DNA from: Eubacteriales bacterium | GTDB taxonomy: Bacteria; Bacillota; Clostridia; Oscillospirales; CAG-272 | Direction: 5' to 3' | Assembly: GCA_045580325.1 (NCBI GenBank) | Contig: JAZNNR010000005.1 | Location: 3,504-67,503 of the forward strand | Length of the DNA stretch: 64,000 bases | In this document: positions 18,599 to 28,307 of the stretch, in pieces | How the letters are laid out: each line of letters begins with the position of its first letter | Position numbering within the stretch: position 1 is the stretch's first letter | Program-made: the position numbers and the translations under genes | The notes under the pieces: model-generated | What the model was told of the DNA's origin: nothing | What the model saw: only the letters and a program-made list of their open reading frames with translations | Database searches by the model: none

Positions 18599-18652
18599 TT
18601 GCGGAGTGATAAGTTCGGCTACCTTTCGAGTCAGACCTGTTACGATTACTCC
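18599..18652 (-). pseudogene. degenerate tRNA-Ser-like remnant (acceptor ends and anticodon arm retained, D and T arms deleted)
   Basis: GGAGTAATCG..TAACAGGTCTGACTCGAAAGG..ATCACTCCGCAA aligns with the 5' end, anticodon arm (16/19) and 3' end of the adjacent tRNA-Ser. Confidence 0.35.
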
Positions 18653-18762
18653 AATATATCTCTATATTTTGGATCTGCGGTTTTGCACCGCGACGAGTAT
18701 TATATCATAACAAAAACGATTTTGCAAGTACTTTTTAAAGTTTTTTTATATTTTTTTGAAAA

Positions 18763-19299
18763 TCAGGGAAGTTTTATTACTTGCGGAGTATGCCTGAGCG
18801 CAGGAATCACCTTGCTTCGCAGATCCTCAGTACGAAATCTCAGACTTGTCGTGTTAATGCAAGGATGACAGCCGACGAACTCGCCCGAAAGCACGTCCTC
18901 GTCGATGAGAAGCTTAACCTTGTTGTCTTTGTCATTCATAAGACCGAGAATGCTTACAGAGCCGGGCGTAAGATCGAGAAATTTTTCCATATATTCGGGC
19001 GAGGCAAAAGAGAGTCGGGAAGAGCCGACCTGCGATGAAACGATGCTCGTCTTAAAATTTTTGTGCGCGGGCATCATAAGCAGATAAAAGCTCGTTTCTT
19101 GACGGTTGCAGAGAAAAAGGTTCTTGCATATAGTTGTTCCGATCTCCTTGTCTATCTCACGGCAGGCGACCATTGACATAGCTGCCTCATGATCGACTCT
19201 CGTGTATTTTACGCCGATCTTATCAAGAAAATCGTAAGAGCGTATTTCTTTTTCAATACGTCCCTCACAGTTTTCGGGTCTTCCGTTGTATATTATCAT
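18763..19299 (-). CDS. YbaK/ProX-family aminoacyl-tRNA deacylase (prolyl-tRNA editing domain protein)
   Basis: 178 aa. CKNLFL..SFYLLMMP..KNFKT...LTPGSVSILGL..HPC pattern. Confidence 0.7.
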   Translation of the reverse strand: MIIYNGRPENCEGRIEKEIRSYDFLDKIGVKYTRVDHEAAMSMVACREIDKEIGTTICKNLFLCNRQETSFYLLMMPAHKNFKTSIVSSQVGSSRLSFASPEYMEKFLDLTPGSVSILGLMNDKDNKVKLLIDEDVLSGEFVGCHPCINTTSLRFRTEDLRSKVIPALRHTPQVIKLP

Positions 19300-19315
19300 T
19301 TTTACCTCTTTTAGA

Positions 19316-20275
19316 TTATTTTTCCGAAAATGCCTTGTGTATATAGCCGTATATTATGTCATTGTCGGCTTCAGACAGCAGATATACCATATCGGAGAAG
19401 ACGTGGGAATTGCTATCGCCCTCTTTTACCGCGTTTCCTGCGAGCATATAGGTCAGCTCCGCGCTTTCTCCGAGTCCGAATTTAAGAGCGAGCGTGAAGA
19501 GAGCGTTTTCGCTGCCCACGTAGGTGATATAAACGCTTATGGCATCACTCTCGGAAAGCCCGTAGATGCCGTGCTTTTCACTTCTGAAATCGACGAACTC
19601 CTCAAGCTTTATGTCGCAGAGTGTAGATATAAATTTCGAAGATTTATCGTCGTCGGGCGTTATTTTCTCCGAGTAATTTCCGCATACGATTTCTACGCAT
19701 TTCACATTTTCGGCTTTTATGTCGGGGAGAGTGTCAAACGTGAGGAAATCGGTAATTTCAAGAGAAAACGAGTCAACGTAGGTGCGCTCAACAAGATAGA
19801 CTGCACCAGAGCCCTTTTCGGTGGCGTAGTAGAGTCCCTTTGACTCAATAAAATCGCCGAAAAGATAGGTTTTTTCTTCTTTTTCAAGCGTGAGTGTGAG
19901 CGTGTACTTAGGGGTGTCAAGACCGTACTCGGAGAGTTCTTTTTCGGAAAGATCTCTTGCTATTTCTTTGTTTGCAAGGAAAAACTCGATGCTCGAAAGA
20001 GTTTTTTCTACAAAAGCCTTATTTACGGGAAGCGAAAGGTTTTCGCTGTATTTCCAAGCGCCGCTCCCGTCTTTTTCAAATGAAAGGTCGAAATCTCCGC
20101 CCGCGAATGAAAATCCGATTATGTCCGCTATGTCGGTCTGGTCGATGTAAAGATAAGCATTTTCCTCGCCGTCGGGAGTTTTTTCGCGATCAGGCAGAGA
20201 AGATAGTATAAAATAGAGCGCAAAAATAACAAGGCATACACAGGCGCAGATTATAAGTGTGGATCTTCTTTTCAC
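19316..20275 (-). CDS. DUF4340-like protein (last gene of the GldG-type ABC operon)
   Basis: N-terminal TM. The size and the position after the GldG-like gene fit the usual operon. Overlaps the upstream gene by 4 nt. Confidence 0.5.
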   Translation of the reverse strand: MKRRSTLIICACVCLVIFALYFILSSLPDREKTPDGEENAYLYIDQTDIADIIGFSFAGGDFDLSFEKDGSGAWKYSENLSLPVNKAFVEKTLSSIEFFLANKEIARDLSEKELSEYGLDTPKYTLTLTLEKEEKTYLFGDFIESKGLYYATEKGSGAVYLVERTYVDSFSLEITDFLTFDTLPDIKAENVKCVEIVCGNYSEKITPDDDKSSKFISTLCDIKLEEFVDFRSEKHGIYGLSESDAISVYITYVGSENALFTLALKFGLGESAELTYMLAGNAVKEGDSNSHVFSDMVYLLSEADNDIIYGYIHKAFSEK

Positions 20276-21774
20276 GCTATGCCGCGCCTCCTCTTTCTAA
20301 CCTTGATGATACCGCATATCACGAACACACAGGGAATTACAGCGATAAGGATCACCGCCCAGAAGCTTGCCTGTCCCGAGGATATCGTAAGCACGTCCTC
20401 TTCAAGCAGCTTGGAAGCAAAGGATACAGACTCCTTTTCGCAAAGAATCGCGAGAAGTGCGCTGAAATATGAGTAGTTTCCGCCGCCCGTGAGGGTATTG
20501 TCCTCGTCTGTCAGAATATTCGGAGCGGCAAACCAGATTATCTCGCCGGCGTCCTTTTTGGAGGCTGAAACAGCGATAGAATACTGTGCTTTTTCGCTCT
20601 TTTCACCCTCTTCGTTTTTCTCATAGTATGCGCCCGTTGTCGTCTGCAAAAGGGTAGTATATCTCATATCCTCAAGCGATGTGTTTGTCTTTATCGCGTG
20701 AGCGGACGAGGTCAGAAAATAGTGGTTTTCAACACCGCAAAGCTGTGAAAGGGTATCTGTCGCAGGGAGAATAAAATGCGAGTATCCGGGATAAAAATAT
20801 GCCGAATTAGACTCGTGAAGCTCGTTTGCCTCTGCCGTCATACCGTATTTTTCAAGAAGTGCGGACAGATTTTTCAGAGATGCTATATAGACGTGTGATG
20901 TCGTAAGCACGAGCTTGCCGCCGCTACTGAGATATTCTTCAAGTATTTTTGCTTCGCTCTCGCTGATGTCAGTTATCGGAGAGTTCATTACGATAGCACC
21001 CGCGTCTTCGGGTGGCTTTTTTGAAAGGGTTACCCAATCAGCAGGCAGATTGGAAAGCTCGAGCAGATCGGCAAGAGCCTCTGTCGCGGCAGTTTCGCCG
21101 TGCATCGTTGTAAAATAGACCTTTGGCATATTTTCAGGATCGGTCGTAACGTAGTCTATCGAAGAAATAAGTGTTGTTTCACCGCCGAATTTTGTTTCGT
21201 AGTAGGCATAACCGCTTTCGAAATAGTCTGCCATAGAGGCGTAAAGAGAAACGAATTCGCCGTAGGAATATTCTCCGTAGGATTCAAATGCTTCGCTTTC
21301 GGTGTTTACGATAAAAGCCTCGTAGGTGTAAAGCGTTTCGGGGGAAATGACCTTGACTGTACCGTACTTCTGACCGTGCATGATTATCGTATTGTCTGAA
21401 ATTTCGTCGGGCGACTCTCCGATAAGCTTTTCAATAAAGCTACGCTTTACGGTCGGATCGATAGACGTGAACTTGATTTTTGAATTTGCCTTGGTAAGAT
21501 TTTTCAGAAATTCGCTTACAGAGGGGTCCTCTGTGCCCGACTCGGCAACGAGATACATATATACGTTGCTGTCGAGATTTTCCTTTAAATGTTTCCTTGC
21601 TTCGTCCGACACCTCGGTCAGCTTTTCGGTGGAAATATCTATTCTTCTCACAAAATCGGGCAGAAGGGAGAAGAGAAGATTTAGAGCTATAGCCGTGAGC
21701 AAAACGATAACAGTCAGAATAATACCGTACGTTCCGTATGAATTTTTGTTACTTGACTTGTTCATAATTTCCAC
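20272..21774 (-). CDS. GldG-like ABC-transport auxiliary protein
   Basis: N- and C-terminal TM anchors with a large extracytoplasmic domain. Operon context: ABC ATPase and ABC-2 permease upstream. Confidence 0.6.
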   Translation of the reverse strand: MEIMNKSSNKNSYGTYGIILTVIVLLTAIALNLLFSLLPDFVRRIDISTEKLTEVSDEARKHLKENLDSNVYMYLVAESGTEDPSVSEFLKNLTKANSKIKFTSIDPTVKRSFIEKLIGESPDEISDNTIIMHGQKYGTVKVISPETLYTYEAFIVNTESEAFESYGEYSYGEFVSLYASMADYFESGYAYYETKFGGETTLISSIDYVTTDPENMPKVYFTTMHGETAATEALADLLELSNLPADWVTLSKKPPEDAGAIVMNSPITDISESEAKILEEYLSSGGKLVLTTSHVYIASLKNLSALLEKYGMTAEANELHESNSAYFYPGYSHFILPATDTLSQLCGVENHYFLTSSAHAIKTNTSLEDMRYTTLLQTTTGAYYEKNEEGEKSEKAQYSIAVSASKKDAGEIIWFAAPNILTDEDNTLTGGGNYSYFSALLAILCEKESVSFASKLLEEDVLTISSGQASFWAVILIAVIPCVFVICGIIKVRKRRRGIA

Positions 21775-21780
21775 CTCCTA

Positions 21781-22647
21781 TCAGCCCAAACGGGCTTTTT
21801 CAGCCGACTGAACGGTGAAAAATACGAATATAAAAGCAACCGTTATAAAATAGAGTATTGACGAGAGATCGAGTATCGCTGTGGAGGTAAATGCTTCGAC
21901 TCTGCCTATTACTGAAAGCGCAGAGGATAGCTTTCTCACACCACCCTCAAGCCACTCCGATTTGACAAAATACGCGCCGAGAAGTATAAGCTCGCTCACA
22001 CAGGTAAATCCGAGCGCAAAGGTCAGATTTGCCGATACTTTATACACAAGCAGACCGAGAAGGAGTATGAGAAGAGTAAAAACTATCATAGAGCCAAGCG
22101 CACTTGCGGGAAGAAGCATAGTAAGCGCAGGCATAAAGTAGATAAGAAGCATAGCACCAAAGCAGCTTATAGCAGCGCTCACCATACTGCTTGTAAGAGA
22201 TGATATGAACAGACCGATAGAGGCAAGAGCGCAGCCGCACAGATAAAGGGCAAGCGTGCCGAAAATTGCCGAAAGAAGATTTATATCGCCATAGAAGGAA
22301 AGTATAATCGTGTATGAAAAGATTATAACGGTCGGAATAAGCAGCATAGTAATTACCGCGAAATACTTTCCGAGAATATAGTCTGTCGTTTTAAGAGGGA
22401 GTGAGCGGAGCAAGGTGTACGTTCCCGTACGCTTTTCCTCTGACATCGTTTTCATTGTGAGTATCGGTATCGCAAAGAGATATACGAGTACGGTATTTGA
22501 GTAGGAAGACTCAATAGCCGAGCTTCCCACAAAAAGATTGTTTACCGTAACGAATATTCCCGCGAAGAGAAGAAAGAATGCTATCGTTATATATCCCGTG
22601 AAATTATTGAAAAAGCTTTTCATTTCACGCGTGTAAACTGCAAACAT
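21781..22647 (-). CDS. ABC-2 type transporter permease
   Basis: About six hydrophobic segments. 288 aa. Located between the ATPase and the GldG-like gene. Confidence 0.7.
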   Translation of the reverse strand: MFAVYTREMKSFFNNFTGYITIAFFLLFAGIFVTVNNLFVGSSAIESSYSNTVLVYLFAIPILTMKTMSEEKRTGTYTLLRSLPLKTTDYILGKYFAVITMLLIPTVIIFSYTIILSFYGDINLLSAIFGTLALYLCGCALASIGLFISSLTSSMVSAAISCFGAMLLIYFMPALTMLLPASALGSMIVFTLLILLLGLLVYKVSANLTFALGFTCVSELILLGAYFVKSEWLEGGVRKLSSALSVIGRVEAFTSTAILDLSSILYFITVAFIFVFFTVQSAEKARLG

Positions 22648-22685
22648 ATTTTAGTCCTTTCTGTGTAATATGTGTAGAAAAAGGC

Positions 22686-23780
22686 TTATTTACGACTAAA
22701 AAGCGGCTTGTAGGTGTCGTCTTCGTCGTCATCATCGTCATCGTTATCTTCCGCTTTTTTAGAAAGGGAAGAGCTGCGAAGAAAATCCTTTATTGAGGGT
22801 ATGGCGCTCTTTATGTCATCGTCCTCGGAGATGTCCTCGGGATATTCAGCTACCTCGCTGTCGGTCGCTTTAAGGAAGAGGTCTACAAGGCTTGTGTTCT
22901 GCCTTGTCATAGCTATTATCGGCTTCTTTGCCTCTGAGAAAGCGAAGAACAAATCCTCGCGTATATCTCTGTCCCTGGGAGCTTCTATCACTATCTCACA
23001 AATATCCCCGTCGGGCTCGAGAGATATTTTTCCGAGCTTTCCGACCTTTTTGAGTATCTCGACAGCCTGCTTGGGCGTTGCCTTTACCGAGAGAGTAAGG
23101 GTATCGGGACCTACGTACTTGCTGTGAAGATTTTCAAGAGTATCGCAGGCAACGACCTCGCCCGAGGAGATTATTATTATCCTGTCGCATATTTCCTCGA
23201 TCTCGGTGAGAATATGGCTTGAAACGATAACCGTGCCCTTTTTGCCAAGCTCGGAGATGAGCTCGCGTATCTCGATTATCTGACGCGGGTCAAGACCTGC
23301 GGTAGGCTCGTCAAGGATAATTATTTCGGGATTTCCGATGATAGCCTGCGCGATGCCCACACGCTGACGGTAACCCTTTGAAAGAGTCTTTATCAGCTTG
23401 TCCGCGACTCCTAAAATCTTGGTTTTCTCCATAATTTCTTCGATGTGGCCCTCAGCTTCATCTCGCTTCATACGTCTTGCCGACGCGACAAAGCCAAGAT
23501 ATTCGCGGGGAGTCATATCGGTATAAAGAGGGGGTACCTCGGGAAGATAACCGATAAGAGCCTTTGCCTTCTCGGGCTGCGAAATCATATCGTATCCGCC
23601 GACTGTAACAGTACCCGAGGAGGGTGCAAGACAGCCTGTGATCATATTCATAGTAGTTGATTTTCCCGCACCGTTTGCACCGAGAAGACCGTATACGTGT
23701 CCGCCTTCAATGTTAAACGATAGGTTATTTACGGCTGTAAGATCGCCGTAATACTTGGTAAGATTTTTTACTTTTATCAA
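22686..23780 (-). CDS. ABC transporter ATP-binding protein with an acidic C-terminal extension
   Basis: GANGAGKST, LSKGYRQRV, IIILDEPTAGLD, SSHIL. Tail EDNDDDDDDEDD. Confidence 0.9.
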   Translation of the reverse strand: MIKVKNLTKYYGDLTAVNNLSFNIEGGHVYGLLGANGAGKSTTMNMITGCLAPSSGTVTVGGYDMISQPEKAKALIGYLPEVPPLYTDMTPREYLGFVASARRMKRDEAEGHIEEIMEKTKILGVADKLIKTLSKGYRQRVGIAQAIIGNPEIIILDEPTAGLDPRQIIEIRELISELGKKGTVIVSSHILTEIEEICDRIIIISSGEVVACDTLENLHSKYVGPDTLTLSVKATPKQAVEILKKVGKLGKISLEPDGDICEIVIEAPRDRDIREDLFFAFSEAKKPIIAMTRQNTSLVDLFLKATDSEVAEYPEDISEDDDIKSAIPSIKDFLRSSSLSKKAEDNDDDDDDEDDTYKPLFSRK

Positions 23781-24023
23781 TTTTGCACCGCTTCCTTTAC
23801 GTGTAGCTGAGTTATAAAAATATCCATAATAAATTTTAAAACAAAATTGTTAATAATGTGTGTGTGAAAGTATTGCTTGACGGCAAAAAATGTTAATTAA
23901 CTGTAAACATTTGCCACCGGCTCTTTAATTAAAACTTTTGGTAATTATAATAAAAAAGGGTTTTTGTAAATATTTGCGTATATTATATAGTGAACTTTAA
24001 TGTTTGTTTCGGAGGATAGAGCC

Positions 24024-25052
24024 ATGTGCGTAAAAGCTGACAAGGTAAGTGCAGAAAAAACAAGCATAAAAAGTATGCTTGAAAAAAGAGAGCGCGAAAC
24101 GCTTTCTCAGTATGCTTTTTTGTCGGAAAATACCGCGGGCAGACTTGCGCCTGTAACTCCCGACGATATGCGAACGGAGTTTCAGCGCGACAGGGACAGA
24201 ATAACCCACTCCAAATCGTTCAGAAGACTTATGCATAAAACACAGGTCTTTCTTTCTCCCGAGCACGACCATTACAGAACGCGCCTTACACATACTCTCG
24301 AGGTAACGCAGATAGCGCGTACTATATGCCGTTCGCTCTCGCTTAACGAGGACCTTGCCGAAGCGATAGGACTCGGACACGACCTCGGGCATACCCCCTT
24401 CGGACACGCAGGCGAAAGAGTGCTTCAAAAGTGTTATAGTTCAGATTTTACTCACAGTAAGCAAAGTCTTCGCGTTGCCGATAAGCTTGAAAAATTAAAT
24501 CTTACATATGAGGTGCGCGACGGTATCCTGATGCACAGCGGAAAGGATATTGCCTGCACACTTGAGGGCAGAGTAATAAAATTTGCCGATAGAATTGCAT
24601 ATATAAACCACGATATCGACGACGCTCTTCGCGCAGGTATACTTTCACAGGAAATGCTTCCGAAAAACGCTACCGACGTGCTCGGAAAGACACACGGCGA
24701 GCGAATAAACTCTATGGTAAACAGCATCGTAAGAGCGAGTGAAAATAAAGACGATATAATAATGGAGCCCGAATTTCTCGCGTCTACCGAGGAGCTGAGG
24801 TCATTCCTCTTTGATAAGGTCTATTTCAATTCGGAGGCTAAATCCGAGGAATATAAGGCGGAGGCAGTTGTTGAAACACTCTATACCTACTTTGTCAAAA
24901 ATCCCGAAAAGCTTCCCGCGGAGTTTACGCAGACAGTAAACGAAGAAGGCAAAGAGCGTGCGGCTTGCGACTATATTTCGGGAATGACCGATAGATATGC
25001 GATAAGAACGTACAGCGAAATATACGTTCCGAAGCTCTGGATGGGATTTTAA
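24024..25052 (+). CDS. dgt: dGTP triphosphohydrolase-like HD-domain protein
   Basis: FQRDRDRIxHSKxFRRL, HYRTRLTHTLEV, GHDLGHTPFGH. GGAGGA lies before ATG 24024. Classic position upstream of dnaG-rpoD. Confidence 0.85.
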   Translation: MCVKADKVSAEKTSIKSMLEKRERETLSQYAFLSENTAGRLAPVTPDDMRTEFQRDRDRITHSKSFRRLMHKTQVFLSPEHDHYRTRLTHTLEVTQIARTICRSLSLNEDLAEAIGLGHDLGHTPFGHAGERVLQKCYSSDFTHSKQSLRVADKLEKLNLTYEVRDGILMHSGKDIACTLEGRVIKFADRIAYINHDIDDALRAGILSQEMLPKNATDVLGKTHGERINSMVNSIVRASENKDDIIMEPEFLASTEELRSFLFDKVYFNSEAKSEEYKAEAVVETLYTYFVKNPEKLPAEFTQTVNEEGKERAACDYISGMTDRYAIRTYSEIYVPKLWMGF

Positions 25053-25091
25053 GATTAAATAAAAGTAAAATACTTCAGAAAGGATAAAGGT

Positions 25092-26861
25092 ATGGCGATA
25101 GAACAGTCAACTATTGAAGAAATAAAATTCCGAAATAATATCGAAGACGTTATATCTCAGTACGTAACGCTCAAGCGTGCAGGCTCAAATCTCGTCGGTC
25201 TTTGTCCTTTTCACAGCGAAAAATCACCGTCCTTCACCGTTTTTTCAAACGAAGGCAATTTCTACTGCTTCGGATGCGGTGCGGGCGGCGACGTAATAAC
25301 CTTTGTAAGACGTGCGGAAAACCTCGATTACAGGTCAGCACTTGAATTTCTTGCAAAGCGTGTAGGTATAACGATAGCGCAAAATGATACTGACAGACAG
25401 GAAGCAAGACGTAAAGAGAGAGTCCTTGAAATGAATAAGATAGCGGCTCGGTTTTTCTATGAAAAGCTGATGTCGCCCGAGGGTAGAGAAGGCTACGAGT
25501 ATCTTACCAAAAAACGCGGACTTTCAAACTCTCATATAAGACATTTCGGACTCGGCTTTGCACCAAACAGCTTTGGCGCGCTGACCGATCTGCTTCGCTC
25601 AAAGGGATATGCCGATCACGAAATGGCATCTGCGTTCCTATGCGGAGTCAGTCAAAAAACAGGCAGACCGTATGACTATTTCAGAAACCGCGTGATATTT
25701 CCTATACTCAGCGTGTCGGGCGATGTCATAGCCTTCGGCGGAAGAGTTATGGACGATTCAAAGCCGAAATATCTGAACTCATCGGATACTCCCGCATTCA
25801 AAAAGAGCAGAAACCTTTTCGCGATGAATTTCGCTAAAAACTACTGCGCTGAGCAGATAATACTCTGCGAGGGCTATATGGACGTTATCGCGCTTCACTG
25901 CGCGGGCTTTACGAATGCGGTAGCGACGCTCGGTACGGCAATAACACCCGAGCACGCGCGTATGCTCAAAAGATATACAAAAAAGGTAATTATTTCGTAT
26001 GACAGCGACGGTGCGGGACAGACCGCGGCTGATAAAGCGTTCAAACTTCTCGGTGAGGTCGGTGTGGAAACGAAGATAATTCATATGAACGGGGCAAAGG
26101 ATCCAGACGAATACATAAAGAAATTCGGCTCGGAGAGCTTCAGAAAGCTTATCGAAGGCTCTCAGACCGAATTCGATTATAAATTCGGAAAAATTTTAGC
26201 AAAATACGATTTCGGGATAACCTCCGAAAAAATAAAAGCACTTGACGAAAGTGAAAAGCTCATAGCACAGGTAACGTCGGCAGCAGAAAGGGAAATATAC
26301 ACCCACGTTGCCGCACCCAAACTCGGTATCACTCCCGACGTTATGAAAAGGGATATAGACCGCTTCATCTCAAAACGCGATAAAATAGCAGCGGCAGAAG
26401 AGTCGAAAAAAATAATGCTCGCAAGCGAAGGCTACGGCGACCGCACAAATCCCGACTATATAAAAAATCCCAAAGCGGCAGCAGCCGAGGAAGCGATTCT
26501 CGCGCTTATCATACTTCACCCAGAATATTTGCGTGAAATTTCCAAAAACGGCGATCCTCTGACAGAAGATGAAATGTTTACCGCTTTCGGAAAAAAAGTA
26601 TGCGGCGCAGTACTTTGCGCTGTCGAGGAAAGCGAAGAAAATGCAGCGGTACTTGAAGGTAAACTTGGAGAATTTTTAGAGGTCGATGAGCTGTCGCGCG
26701 TAACTAAAATGTGCATTTCAAGACGCTCTCTTACAAATAATACTCTTGAGGTACTTCGTGAGTGCAGAAAGACGCTTGCAGGCGCAAAACTAAGATCCGA
26801 GCTTGATATACAGGATATCATAAATATGAAGCGAAAAAAGTCGGATAAAGCAGAGAACTGA
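25092..26861 (+). CDS. dnaG: DNA primase
   Basis: Zinc-binding CPFHSEKSPSF..CFGCG. Toprim motifs EGYMDV and DSDGAG. Confidence 0.95.
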   Translation: MAIEQSTIEEIKFRNNIEDVISQYVTLKRAGSNLVGLCPFHSEKSPSFTVFSNEGNFYCFGCGAGGDVITFVRRAENLDYRSALEFLAKRVGITIAQNDTDRQEARRKERVLEMNKIAARFFYEKLMSPEGREGYEYLTKKRGLSNSHIRHFGLGFAPNSFGALTDLLRSKGYADHEMASAFLCGVSQKTGRPYDYFRNRVIFPILSVSGDVIAFGGRVMDDSKPKYLNSSDTPAFKKSRNLFAMNFAKNYCAEQIILCEGYMDVIALHCAGFTNAVATLGTAITPEHARMLKRYTKKVIISYDSDGAGQTAADKAFKLLGEVGVETKIIHMNGAKDPDEYIKKFGSESFRKLIEGSQTEFDYKFGKILAKYDFGITSEKIKALDESEKLIAQVTSAAEREIYTHVAAPKLGITPDVMKRDIDRFISKRDKIAAAEESKKIMLASEGYGDRTNPDYIKNPKAAAAEEAILALIILHPEYLREISKNGDPLTEDEMFTAFGKKVCGAVLCAVEESEENAAVLEGKLGEFLEVDELSRVTKMCISRRSLTNNTLEVLRECRKTLAGAKLRSELDIQDIINMKRKKSDKAEN

Positions 26862-26926
26862 AAATAATTTAAAATAAAGGTAAATATACATAGAAATCTA
26901 TGTGTTACAAAGAAAGGAAGACATAA

Positions 26927-28036
26927 ATGAAGATCACTGATGAAGATAAGATCGTTGACGTAAACGATATAATCGGTCAAAATGATGCTCAGCCCTATTA
27001 TTCTGAAAGCGAGCTTATTTCTGCACTCGAGGACGAAGATCTCAACCTCGAGCATATCGAGCAGGCGTTTGACGGAAACGACGAGCTTGCAGAAGATGAA
27101 ATAGACGGCTATATCAAGCACGGAGATGCAACCGAAATCGAAAGCGAAATAGAGCAGTATGAGTCCGCAGAGGATATGGAAAAAATGCTCGCACAGGAAG
27201 GTCTTGCAATAGACGACCCTGTAAGAATGTACCTCAAGGAAATAGGCAAGGTGTCCCTTCTGAGCGCAGAAAAAGAATCAGAGCTTGCACAGCGTATGTT
27301 TGAGGGCGACGAAAGCGCTAAAAACGATCTTGTCGAAGCAAACCTACGTCTTGTCGTAAGTATTGCTAAAAGACATTCGGGAAGAGGTCTTTCTTTCCTT
27401 GATCTTATTCAGGAGGGCAACCTCGGTCTTCTCAAGGCTGTTGAAAAGTTTGACTACCGTAAGGGCTATAAGTTCTCTACTTACGCAACATGGTGGATAA
27501 GACAGGCTATAACAAGAGCTATTGCAGATCAGGCGAGAACGATAAGAATTCCCGTTCATATGGTTGAAACTATACACAAGGTGTCAAGAGTTTCAAGACA
27601 GCTTCTGCAGGAGCTCGGACACGAGCCTTCAATCGATGAGATCGCAAGGGAAATGGAAATATCTCCCGAAAAGGTACGTGAGATCTCCAAAATAGCACTT
27701 GATCCCGTTTCTCTTGAAATGCCGATAGGCGAAGAAGAGGACAGCCATCTCGGCGATTTTATTCAGGACGACGATTCTCCCGCACCGTCGGATGCTGTTT
27801 CGCAGACAATGCTCAGAGAACAGCTTCTTGAAGTGCTCCATACACTTACTCCGAGAGAAGAACACGTTCTTATGCTGAGATTCGGTCTTACCGACGGAAG
27901 AATGAGAACTCTCGAAGAGGTTGGTAAGGAATTTAACATAACAAGAGAGCGTATACGTCAGATAGAGGCAAAGGCGCTTCGTAAGCTCCGCCATCCGAGC
28001 AGATCGAAAAGACTTAAAGATTATCTCGATCCGTAA
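26927..28036 (+). CDS. rpoD: primary RNA polymerase sigma factor (sigma-70/SigA)
   Basis: Regions 1.2-4.2 are present: [62 protein letters not shown]. Confidence 0.95.
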   Translation: MKITDEDKIVDVNDIIGQNDAQPYYSESELISALEDEDLNLEHIEQAFDGNDELAEDEIDGYIKHGDATEIESEIEQYESAEDMEKMLAQEGLAIDDPVRMYLKEIGKVSLLSAEKESELAQRMFEGDESAKNDLVEANLRLVVSIAKRHSGRGLSFLDLIQEGNLGLLKAVEKFDYRKGYKFSTYATWWIRQAITRAIADQARTIRIPVHMVETIHKVSRVSRQLLQELGHEPSIDEIAREMEISPEKVREISKIALDPVSLEMPIGEEEDSHLGDFIQDDDSPAPSDAVSQTMLREQLLEVLHTLTPREEHVLMLRFGLTDGRMRTLEEVGKEFNITRERIRQIEAKALRKLRHPSRSKRLKDYLDP

Positions 28037-28307
28037 TAAAATCGGCATAATTTCCAATAAAGACACTTGTTATTTGTTATACATCGCCAAAGCAGATGGT
28101 AAATATGCTTAAAAATATCCCATACCGGTTGGCTAAAATAAATTAACAAAGTGTAAAAATGGCCGATTATGTTTAAATGACAGTAAAAATGTTTTTTTAA
28201 AGGGTGAAAAATCTCTTGACATAACCCGCGAGATAGTGTAAAATAGGAATGTTATAAAAGGCTATGCCGCGAAAGTGCGGTATGTTTGACAAGGAGGAAA
28301 TCCAATA

